Shown piece after piece: positions 23,104-34,497 of a DNA stretch of 34,879 nt (within the stretch, counting starts at the first letter, position 1; every line of letters begins with the position of its first letter). The stretch is from Batkoa obscura (taxonomy: Eukaryota): contig JASVEC010000183.1 of assembly GCA_030770535.1 (NCBI GenBank), positions 1-34,879 on the forward strand, in the 5' to 3' direction. The position numbers and the translations under genes are program-made. The notes under the pieces are model-generated. The model made no database searches. It was not told the origin of the DNA and saw only the letters and a program-made list of their open reading frames with translations.

Positions 23104-23231
23104 CAATATTATTTACTCCTTGCATCATTTCAATCTTAACAATCTCTTTACCAGAAACCAAAGTTAATAAAGATAAAATTAATTTACTATCTACTCTACA
23201 AGGTACTCGCCTCATTGACCCTGAATTCTAA
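23104..23231 (+). pseudogene. Relic of the small secreted-protein family
   Basis: QYYLLLASF / ILTISLPETKVNKDKINL matches HLFLVFLPLIFSRSLPKANVDKSQNNM; no ATG, frameshift. Confidence 0.6.
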
Positions 23232-23736
23232 CTTGAGAAAGTTAATACACCCAAAAGTGCTTTGCCCAGTTTTGTTTGAAGATTAAAGACTCTTGTATGT
23301 GATGCAGAAAAATCCTAAAGTATAGGGTTTCTTCAATTTTGACATTTTTGAATTTTGATTTTATAAAAATATAGGTTATAATTTAATATTGAATGATTTT
23401 TAAAAGCACTAGATGAATGAATATTCTTACATTTAATGAAATGCTGAACTTGTCATATAAAAATTTTAACTGTATGATTTAATGTTTTGGAATTTAAACT
23501 AACATTTATTTTTATTGATTATTACTATTGTAAACTAAGTACTGTAATCTTAATTGCATTTAGCACTTTGTGTAAATGAGATTAAATATTGAAAGTACAA
23601 AGCATAAAAACATTGAATTAGTAAAAGTTGACTGTAAGAGTTGCAGATTAACTTACATTCAAGTCAAACAACAAACTATATGTATAAGAGATTTTATCAC
23701 GTTATAAGTTTAGAACTCTAATACCTTTGATATTTT

Positions 23737-23813
23737 ATTTTATTATTTTATTATTTTATTATTTTATTATTTTATTATTTTATTATTTTATTATTTTATT
23801 ATTTTATTATTTT
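23737..23813. repeat. (ATTTTATT)n octamer microsatellite
   Basis: About nine tandem units. Confidence 0.9.
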
Positions 23814-24077
23814 ACTTTGTTTTTTAAGAAATATTAAAATTTTATTTACAATAATCAAAAAAAAAGAAATTAAATTAAAATTTAATTCTCCGATTTAATT
23901 GATTTTCAATGAAATCAATATTTAATTTCCTATATAATAAATAAATTAAATCTGAACGTTCAACTCATCCTACGGAAAAAAAACTTCTAAAATACCCGGA
24001 GTATATAAACAATTCATTAGTTCTTCAACAATTTAACATTTTAAAGCCAAAGACAACAAAATATTCAAAGTTCAAAC

Positions 24078-24302
24078 ATGCAATTTAATTTAATTTTCTT
24101 ATCTTCTTTACCCTTAATACTATCCATGTCCTTAAAACAACCTATTATTGATAAAAATAATAATAATTTAGAATCCACTAATAGTGAATTTCAACAGCCT
24201 ATTCCTCAAGCTTTCTTTGCTTTAGATAATTCTCACTTTAAAAACATGGCTAACAGTAATCAAATTAAAAACAAATTATCTGCTGCTCCTACTAAAGTTT
24301 AA
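24078..24302 (+). CDS. Small secreted protein, unrecognised family (74 aa)
   Basis: MQFNLIFLSSLPLILSMSLKQPIIDKNNNNLESTNSEFQQPIPQA; GTATATAAAC at 24001. Confidence 0.75.
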   Translation: MQFNLIFLSSLPLILSMSLKQPIIDKNNNNLESTNSEFQQPIPQAFFALDNSHFKNMANSNQIKNKLSAAPTKV

Positions 24303-24308
24303 GTATAT

Positions 24309-24403
24309 ATGGATGTATTTTTTAAGAATTTTATTGCAAGTTTTCCATTCAAATAGCGCTTAAAAAAAATGGAAAAAGTGATAAAACTATAAAAAACACC
24401 CAA
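24309..24403 (+). mobile_element. MITE copy 11
   Basis: ATGGATGTATTTTTTAAG...TTTTCCATTCAAATAGCGCTTAAAA...AAACACCCAA with ATAT on both sides. Confidence 0.8.
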
Positions 24404-24774
24404 ATATATTATACATAATAAGGAAAGCGTATGAGTAAATAATTAATAATAACAATAAACAGCACTATTTTTTTTGTACATTTCATTTTTTTTATTCTAT
24501 TCTATTTTTTATTATATAATTAGTTAGCCTTATTTTTTTTATTATATATTAATAATAGTTAAAATATAACTTTAATTTACCACACTTAAAAAGAAGACAA
24601 AATCATTTGAAAAAAGAAAAAAAGAGAAGGATAGAGTTATTGATAGGGGAAAAAAGAGAGAAGAAGTTAGGAGATGAGAGTTGATCAATAAATCCACAAT
24701 ACAATTTTCTATTACTAAGTATTATTTCATTTATTTTTTTACAAAAAAATAAATATCCTTTTTATTTATCATAT

Positions 24775-26715
24775 TTATTTCCTATTTCTAATACCACTTT
24801 TACTTTTATCTTTTCCTGTATTATTACTACTATTATTTAAACTGAACAACTGAACTTGCCCATCTTTTTTAGTAACTTTAACAATATTGTTCCCATTACT
24901 ATTATTATTACTATTATTATTACTATTATTATTATTATTATTCCCATTAATAGTGCTTTGTCTATAAATATGTTCATTGATGGTAACCCAGTCATCTTCT
25001 AAAATATTCAAAAATTTACCATCAAAATAATTTAAATTTTCTGTTACTTCATCATAATAGCCTTGACATAATTCATATAAACTATTCGATTGGGATAATA
25101 TTTTACATCCCCTTTGAAACTCAGATATTAAACCTAACCTTGATATCAAATCACAACTGTTTCCTATATTTCTTTCCACATTAAATACTTCTTCAATACA
25201 TAATGAGAAATTTCCTTTCATTTGATCCCATCCTTTATCTATTTTATTTATTAATTTTCCCTCTCGTAAACTTATTATTTGGTTATCATAATCAAATTCA
25301 TAACCAAATCTAATGTAAAATGAAGAAAAGATTAATAAATAATTTTTTAAACAACATGAATACTTACTTCTTAAAAAATGCAAATAATAAACCACCTAAA
25401 GTTTCTTTATTAGCCAACCCAAACCCTTTTAATAGACTAATATTTTTAAAATAGCCCACATCCACTCCTAATTCCATTTCTTTTTTATATGGTAATTGAT
25501 GTAATACAGGTAATATTGGTGGTTGTCTAGTTTGTAAAAAATTTAATATTAAATTCACCCAAGAATATGTAGATAGTGTTCCACCAGCAGCTATAATTAC
25601 AAAAATTATTATTAAAAACTACTATTATTATTATTATCATTCTAATTTATTTACCTGCATCATTTAATACTCTTTGTTTTGCCCAATACTTAATTGTAAT
25701 AGCTAGTGGTTGTACCCTTGGATCAATATTTACATAGCATTTAATTAGTTCTGTATTATGAATAGCTAATGGATTATTCACGTTAATATCACATGCTAAT
25801 TTTCTAAAAATAAAGTCAATAAAAAAAAACGATTATTAATCTATTTTATCTAATTAACTTACAGTTGTGGATCCCAAGCTTTAATAATAGGTACTTTAGC
25901 TTGTGATATACAATTTATATTTGAAAAACCATCTAATTAAGATTATTTATTATATTAATTTTATATGTTTATTTTAAACATCTTACTCCTTTTTAGTAGC
26001 TCAGCCAATAATCGAACGTCATTAAACCCATCCCATGGAGTTAATATACAAATATCAACATCACTCATTTTCATACCTAATCCATTTTCACTTGATCTAA
26101 TTTGTAATATTAAAAATTAACAAACATTTTAGAAAATAAATAAATTGGTAAATTAATCTTACCCAAATAATGAAACTTTAATTTCTACTTCTGGATATTC
26201 TCTATTTAATATACCTTGTACTTTTTCAATTAATAACTTTCTTTTTTCATAATTTTTTTTGCTAAGAGTAACACTCTATTAAGTTATTTTGTTTAAAAAA
26301 TTATTTTAAAAAATTCCTATACTATTTAACTACTCACTTCAAATAAAGTAATCATATCAATGTTCAATTGTAGCTCTTGTTCTTTTAATAACTCTTCTAC
26401 AACTCCTTCTTCTTCTTCTTCTTCTCCTTGTGATAACCTTGTAAAATTATCTTCGCTATTTGTTTCTATTTCTTTCGTAGCTTCCTCTTCGACTATCAGT
26501 ATACTATTTCCCACCTCTTCTTTTTCTTCTGAATTAGTTAATTGAATCCCATTTATTTTCTCACTGACCTTTTCAGTAATTGTTTCATCCTCACTTAACT
26601 TTGTAGCAATTTCTTCTTTTATTTCAATTCCATTTACAGTTATCTTCTCTTCTACTATTGTATTCTCTATTTTATTCTCCTTTATTTCAAGCTCTATTTG
26701 TTCACTTGGTTTCAT
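24775..26715 (-). CDS. Non-canonical poly(A)/poly(U) polymerase (Cid1/Cid13/CutA-like terminal nucleotidyltransferase), 7 exons
   Basis: Spliced motifs LFG|SSENGLGMKMSDVDIC, AKVPIIK, CDINVNNPLAIHNT, IKYWAKQRVLNDA, GGTLSTYSW, LCIEEVFNVERNIG; Glu-rich N-terminus. Confidence 0.88.
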
Positions 26716-26928
26716 TGCTACTATTTAACTATTTATCCAAAAAAACTTAAATCTTTAAAAAACTTATCAAACTTGATTTAGTTAATTTTCGAATATTCTT
26801 TTTACTTAAGGCTTGAATTTTTAAAAATTGAAGGGAATTAAAACAGTATGAAAATGAAAGTGAAAATTAACCTAAAACTATTCAAAAATAACATATTAAT
26901 TTATTATTCTTATTCTCATTATTTAGGT

Positions 26929-29900
26929 TTAAAATAATCCTTTAACTTCGCCTGACTCTAAATCAATATCCACATCAAAAAAGCAAGGTCTAGTAGGTAA
27001 ACCAGGCATTGTTTGCATTTCCCCAACTAAAGGATATAAGAAACCAGCACCTACAGAAGCTTTAATATCTCTGATAGGAATAACAAAACCTTTAGGTACC
27101 CCCTTAGCTTTTGAATCCGAGCTCAAAGAATACTGAGTTTTTGCCATACAAATTGGAAGCTTATCGAAACCTTGTTGAGTATATAATTCCAATTTCTTTT
27201 TAGCTAATTCGGAAAATTCTACTCCATCAGCTCCATAAATTTCTTGACAAATTTTGTTAATTTTGGTTTCAATGGAATCTTCTAATGGATATAATAATTT
27301 AAAATCAGTTTCTTGTTGACTTGCTTCAACTACTGCATTAGCTAAATCAACAGCCCCTAAACCACCTTTTGCCCAATGATTGGATGTAACGGCAGCAAAA
27401 GCACCTGCATTCATTGCATAATCTTTAATCAATTCCTCTTCTTTTTCTGTATCACTAGAGAATTTATTAATAGCAACCACTACTGGGATCCCAAATTTAT
27501 GACAATTTTTAATGTGATGAATTAAATTATTGCATCCCTTTTCCAATAATTCTAAATTTTCCTCAGTATATTCGACTGGTAATGGTTTACCTGGTATAAC
27601 TTCTGGTCCACCACCATGCATCTTTAAGGCTCTAATAGTAGCTACTAATACTACTACATTAGGTACTAAACCTGAATTTCTACATTTAATATTAAAGAAT
27701 TTCTCCATTCCAATATCTGCACCAAATCCGGCTTCAGTTACTACAAATCCGGCTTCTTGGTCACTATTGTTATCTACACCAGCTATCTTTAAGGCTATAC
27801 GATCAGCCAAAATGGATGAATTTCCATGCGCAATATTAGCAAATGGTCCTGCATGGACAAATACCGCACTTCCTTCTAAAGTTTGCATCAAGTTGGGTTT
27901 AATAGCATCTTTCATTAATACAGTTAAAGCACCACCAATACCAATATCATCAGCAGTAATTGGATCGCCTGATTTACTGGAAGCTACTACCATATTACCT
28001 AATCTAAAATATTATTATTATTTAGTATTTTGTTATTAAATAATACAATAATTTTTTTAAATTTACCTTTCACGCATATCTTTTAAAGAGGTACTTAATG
28101 CTAATACAGCCATACATTCGGAAGCAACAGCAATATCATAACCAGTTTCTCTAGTCATCCCTTTTTCAGTTGGATTTAATCCTACATTAATACGACGTAA
28201 GAAACGATCATTAATATCAACTACTCTTTGCCAAGTAATCGTTTCTGGGTCAATATCTAATCTAGCAAATTTGCTTATTTCTTCTTCTGTTAAATCATCT
28301 GGATTGGTTTTATCAATGTTTAATTTCTATTATTTAATTATTAATATAGTTGTTATTAAGTCAAATGGTAATTAAATTTACTCTTAATCTTTTCAACATA
28401 ACATCTGCAAATTTACGTTCTCCTTTCTTAGCTGGACATAATCTACTAAATAAAGCTTTGTCTGATTGAGTAGCTTCATGAAACATACGAGCATCAATAG
28501 CAGCAGCTAATAAATTATTAGCTGCAGTAATTGCATGGATATCTCCAGTAAGATGAAGATTAAATTCATCCATTGGAATAACTTGAGAATAACCCCACCT
28601 GCAGCACCACCTTTGATACCAAAGGTAGGCCCTTGAGATGGTTGACGTACACATGCAATGGCTACTTTTCCAAGTTGACTACTAAGAGCTTGACATAATC
28701 CCATAGTAGTAGTGGATTTACCTTCGCCAAGGGGTGTAGGGTTAATACTAAAATAAATGGATGTTTAATATTAAGGTATTATTATCAATGATAATGATTA
28801 CCCAGTAACTACGACATAATTACCATTTTTACGATGCTCTAAACGTTCTAAAATATTTAAACGTACTTTGGCTTTATAATCTCCATAGGGCTCCAACTAT
28901 TTAATTTATAAATATAATGTGCTATCATTATTGTATCATTATTTACTTCAGATTCTAAAACATTTAATTCTTTAGCTAAAGTACTAATTGGTTTAGGAGT
29001 TTGTGCTAAGGCAATATCGATATCGCTAAAAAATATTATTAGTACTTTCATCTTCAATATAAAATATAAATTTCAATCACCTTGGTACAGGTTCTAATAA
29101 GTCTAATTTCAAAGGAACAACTTTACGTTCAGTAGACCATTGATAATATCTTTGAGCAGAAATGACTGTGTTTTTTAACAAAAAGGCAACAGTCATTGGC
29201 CCAACACCTCCAGGTACTGGAGTAATGGCATAGGCTACTTTACTGGCTTCTTCAAATTCAACGTCTCCAGTCCATCTCATGCCAGACTTTTTAGTGGCAT
29301 CTAAGCGGCTGTTAGTTTTGTACTTTTTTTTGGTGATAATGTGTATTGATATTTACCTGGAATGGAATTCATACCCACATCAATAACAACAGCTCCTGGT
29401 TTAACCCATTCTCCTTTAATGTAATTGGCTTGACCAATAGCCACAACTAGGATATCTGCTGTTTTTACCTAGTTGATTAAGCATTAATGTTAGCTAAATT
29501 CTAATTGAAATAATGATTTACAATTTCAGGTAGATTTTGAGTTTGAGAATGACACAAAGTAACAGTACAATTCTCATTGTTCAATAAATGAAAGACCGGG
29601 GTGCCCTAAAATAAACTATTAGTAACAAATTGTTGTAGATTTAATAACAATACTTACTACTATATCACTACGACCAACAACAACTGCTTGTTTACCAGCT
29701 AAAGTAACACCCGATTGTTTTAATAATTCAATACAGCCCAATGGGGTACAAGCTTTAAACATGGGCTCCGCTTTACGTTTAGAAAGATCGCCAATGTTGG
29801 TTGGATGAAAACTAAAAGTAAGTAAATAAGTAATCTTTTCACAGCTCTAGTAACAAACTTATTCTTACCCATCCACATCTTTTGAAGGAAGGATAGCATC

Positions 29901-30422
29901 CGTGACTTGTTTTTCATCTAAACCATCAGGCAATGGTAGTTGAACCAAAAATCCATGAACATTATTATCTTCATTTAAGCGTTTAATGTGAGTCATAAGC
30001 TAACAGAAAAAATAATTTAAATCATTTTAAAATTCAAAATAAAATTTAATTCCTCAAAGCTTACTTCAAATTGAGATACATTTTCAGGTAAACTAAGATG
30101 AGAAAAACCAATACCAATCTACCATTAACTTATTAGAAATAGTTTTTTTTCAAATAGAAAATTTATGCTTACTTCTAAAGCTGCCTTTTCTTTCATTTTA
30201 ACATACAAGGAACTGTCCTCTCGACCACCCACTTGTACAATGGCTAAGTGAGGTTTAAATGTTGGATACTTATTCTTCCAATCTTCTACTTCAATTTTTA
30301 ATGCATCACGAATATTCCTATAAAGGAAGAAATGAAAGTTGAGTTGACATTAAATAATAGAAAATGAGGGAATAAAAAGAAACTTACTTCGATGCTACTT
30401 TTCCATCCAATAATTTTGCCAT
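26929..30422 (-). CDS. ADE3: Cytosolic C1-tetrahydrofolate synthase (trifunctional), about 13 exons; 1-nt frameshift at 28593-28596
   Basis: MAKLLDGK start with no presequence; [70 protein letters not shown]. Confidence 0.95.
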
Positions 30423-31172
30423 ACTAAATAAAAAGAGGGAGGGGGATATTAGTATTAGTTGTAAATAATGATATCAGTTTATTTTACTTTAATACTTTTA
30501 ATGATCGATTAAATAACAAGTTAGAAATCTTCATCCATTGAATTTATTACTTTCTCGAACCTATTTTATCCCTTTGTATTATTGAATATTTAATTTTATT
30601 TGTTAAATTTGGAATTTAAAATGGACTGATTTGGTGTTTTTTTCTATGATTCGAATTGATTTCGTTCAATTTTGCTTTTTTGCTAAAATTTATTAGTGAC
30701 GACAGAGTACTTGAGAGTAGTGATTTTTCGATTTGGAATTTATTATATGTATAATGTGTTTTATAAAAGAGTTATAAAAGAATCGACTACATTCAATTCT
30801 GATATTTATTAATTTTTATTATCTAGATGTTAAATTAAGTACATTAATTTGTAAAACTTACAATTTATCATATAGTTTTAGTAATAATTTGCAGAATCTG
30901 ATATGCTAATAAATATTATATATAAATAACGTATTATATTAATCAATTCATTTTACTTATATTTTTAAATAAAGCATTAAATAACTATCTATTATCATTT
31001 ATTAAACCCTATCACATATTCACTTTTTAATGTATAAGAAATGATTAGGTCATCACCCTGTATATTTTATAAATTAAAAAAGTGCACTTTTTATTCAACT
31101 CAATTTTTAAAAAATATCAATTCTTAACTTTTCTTGAATTCGAGAACTAATCTTCAACCTAATCATACAATA

Positions 31173-32717
31173 ATGGATGACACTGTAAATGCATGGAACT
31201 CCTTACGACCAGAAATTATTGATCCAAAAGCAGGTAACTTACATCGTACAGGTAGAAATTTTAAACCTAGTGAGAATGTAAGTAAATCAAACAATAAAAA
31301 TATAAACAGAATGGAAAGGAGTGGAAATAGGCATGGAGGTTGGAATGACAGAGTAAGATTGATAGATTCTCTAAATTGAATTTTATCCCAAATGAAATTT
31401 GTTTTTTGTTTTTTAGAATCAGGTTAATATTAGTAAAGTAGAATCAAAGCAAAGTAATGAAAGTAACATCAATACTAATAGTAGAACATCAAATCAATGG
31501 GGTAGTATAGTGAATTCAAATGGTACTAACGCAGGTCAATTACATCGAAAAGGAAACAATTTTAGACCAAATAAAAAAGAATCAAAAGCAGAATATATTT
31601 ATGATAAAAAAGTAAGTTATCGAGTCTATAAAATTTGTTTATTTATATAGTAATCGTAATTAAATTTATTAAGCAAAGTAATAGTAATATTAAGGACAAC
31701 TATTTGGATGATGAGTGTATGAAATAATTATAACTATAAAAAGATCATATATTAATTATTATTGCTATTAGTGGATAAAATGAAGCCCAAAAACATAGTT
31801 TATAATAAACAACAAGACATACCAGATCATTGGGATCAAACTGTTAATTTGAACAAAGATATAAGGCCCAATTATATGGATGATAAATATAGTAACATTA
31901 ACAACCGATATGATGATCAAAATAATAGCTATCATAGTTATAGTAATAATAATCAATTTAATGATGATGATTATAATATAAATAACAGGGGTAGATATAA
32001 TAATAATGATAATTACTATCATACTGATATAGGAAGTATTTATAATAATAGTAGGAATCAATATTATAATAACAATTATTATTACAAGAATAAATTAAGA
32101 AATCATTATTATGATAATAGAAATCAATATTATAATGATGAGGATGAGGATAACAATAATACATGTTACAATGATAATTTAAGATACAATGTTAGTGATA
32201 ATATTACTGATAATAGATTAAGAAATAATGTTAAAGATGAAGTAAATTATAAAATTATAAATAAATAAGGTATTAATTATATTATAGCATATTAAAACAA
32301 AGTATGATAATATAGAACAACAAGAAGGTTGTTTGGATTATCAAAGTAAATATTGTTTTATTTAATAATATTGATATTGACTTATATTTATTAGGATCTA
32401 ATTTTTTATCAAATGAAGATTCTCCTATCGATCAATTAAATAAAAAATTTAATGAAATGGACCTTCATAAATTACCACATCATAAAAGAATTGATATTAA
32501 TAATGATTTTAATTATAGTCCTTATTTGTTTACTTGTGAAATTGAATTACCTAATGGAAGCCAACAAAAAGTGGATATCTTTGAAATGGATAATTTAATG
32601 GAAGTAGCTTTTGAATTTTGTCAACAATATAAAATAGCTGGTGGTCATACAATTATTAAAAAACTAGCTAAAAGATTAAAGAAAGTAAAGGAACTATATG
32701 TTAAAAATAATTTATAA
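31173..32717 (+). CDS. Hypothetical protein, about 6 exons: two N-terminal motif repeats, Asn/Tyr/Asp-rich middle, small C-terminal domain
   Basis: ORF fragments join in frame through GT-AG introns; C-terminus LFTCEIELPNGSQQKVDIFEMDNLMEVAFEFCQQYKI looks globular (PFU-like). Confidence 0.65.
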
Positions 32718-32838
32718 TTAAAGAAAATAAAATGAAGAAAAAACAAAGATATAAATGATAATAAAAAAATGTATTACAGTTATATTTAACAAAAAAAATA
32801 AAAATAAAGTTTATAACTTATAATTTATAATTTGTAAC

Positions 32839-33847
32839 TCATTGCTTATTTTCTCTTATTTTTTTATACTTTAGTTCAGAATTTGTATTGGCATTTACAT
32901 CGTCCTTTGATAATTGACGTTTATATAAAGTAGAAGGAGCTACACCAAAATTAATATCTGTTTTTATATTGAATTCGAAACATAAAACTTTAATCAAAGC
33001 GTGATGATGAACTAATAGTAAATTTATTAATTCTTAATAATAATGAAATGAATAATTTAAACCTACTAGCATGATGAGTACAAAACCATAATTCTCTAAC
33101 TAAACTTGATTTTGAGATTATAAATTTAGATTTACAAGGTTCAATTATACTTTTAATTTTGATATCTAATTCCAATTCCAAATTCATATGTTCGATTTTA
33201 ATAATCAATTCTTTCATAGCTTCTATCATTTTATTAGGTTCTAATTCTAAACTTTTCTATTTAAAATAAAATATTAAATCTTGGCTTCTTTTTATACTAC
33301 ATATTATTACAATAAAACAAATAAACGATAGTTTGTAATCAATGCAACTTACCTCTCTAACTCTTAAATCATAATCTACAATTACTTCTTTTTCTTCTAT
33401 TCCTTTAAACAAGCAATAGAAATGATCTAATACATGACGAAAATGTTTACCAATAGTACTTTTAGGTACTAAATTTGATTTCTTTATAAATAGAATAGGA
33501 TCTGAGATAGAAGATATTAATTTAATACCTTGATCAAGTTGTTGAATAATAGCTTGTTTTAAACCTAAAATGGAAGAGGTAAAAGACTGATTTTCTGAAT
33601 CTTCATCTTCATCTTTTATGTTAACCATAATTTGACTTTTATTTTTTTCCTGTTTGACGTTAATGGGTGATTCATTATCATTGCTCTCTTGTTTACCATT
33701 TATCCATATAATATCATTACTTCTCTCTTCATTCCAACTTTCTTTAACATCACTTTCTTTCTTATTCACTATTATTGGCTTATTATCTTGATTATAGGTA
33801 ACATTTTCTTCATTATTTAACTCCTTTTTATTGTTATTTAAAATCAT
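32839..33847 (-). CDS. DinB-superfamily putative metalloenzyme, 3 exons
   Basis: STIGKHFRHVLDHF, VDYDLRVRE, SSLVRELWFCTHHA|IHHHALIK, FGVAPST. Confidence 0.8.
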
Positions 33848-34003
33848 GATTTTAAAATTTTCAAGTTTGACACATTTTTAAAAATTGAATTACTTTGCTT
33901 TTTATAGTCATTACTTTCTACCCTCATTAATGATTAGATCATATGCTAAAATTTAAATTATTGAACTGAATATTAATTTCTCATCTCAATAATAAAATGA
34001 TAT

Positions 34004-34098
34004 GTGGATGTTTTTTTGGTTTCATCATTTTTCAATCTTTTAAGCACTATTTAAGTGAAAAATTGTTAGTAAAATTCCTAACCAAAAAATACGTCATG
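34004..34098 (-). mobile_element. MITE copy 12
   Basis: GTGGATGTTTTTTTGGTTTCATC...AAGCACTATTTAAGTGAAAAATTGTTAGTAAAATT...AAAAATACGTC; ATAT on the left, right end degraded. Confidence 0.8.
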
Positions 34099-34497
34099 GT
34101 AAAAATACAATGGCTGCAGCTGTATTGTGATCTAATTTGCAATAACCTTTATAGTCAGTTAACTGTTTACTTGATTTTTAATATTTATGCTTAGATTGAA
34201 GTGCAATTTTTATAAAAATTAGTTCCTAAATGAATAGCTTATCAGCTCACAATATAATTGTGTAGCAGCTATAAATAAAAATTATTCAAAATAAGTTTAA
34301 TTATATGAGTTAGTATTTTTATTAAAAATAAATTCTTTTAAAATCAATTTTAGATACAATTAATCAATCAACTAATTTTTTATTACTATCCTCTTTTTAG
34401 CTTTCATCTTAAACTCACATCTCTTCAATTTTCCCATTCCATAAAACTTCATATCTTTAATTTGATTTGAATTTTCTTGATTTCTATCCCCAATTAT

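Noticed and set aside
3414..24403. CRISPR-like array or ncRNA family from the recurring ~100-bp repeat
   Set aside because: Copies are dispersed, on both strands, with TIRs and TSDs, in eukaryotic DNA with no cas genes or regular spacers.
27530..28039. 169-aa plus-strand ORF (also 26360-26545)
   Set aside because: Antisense shadows of ADE3 and the nucleotidyltransferase exon.
31768..32164. Ile-rich and Tyr-rich minus-strand ORFs
   Set aside because: Antisense readings of the Asn-rich exon.
3414..34098. Reading the MITE as a TA-duplicating Tc1/mariner element (TA|TGGGG...CCCCA|TA)
   Set aside because: Copies 1, 8 and 10 have AAAT/AAAT and TTAT/TTAT flanks, which fit a 4-bp TSD with GGGG ends and not TA.
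33997..34194. 65-aa ORF (also 17965-18156)
   Set aside because: Both start at or within MITE copies and have no protein-like features.
34113..34270. Weak inverted repeat (about 15/20 match) next to MITE copy 12
   Set aside because: Too degenerate, with no TSD or second copy in the window.
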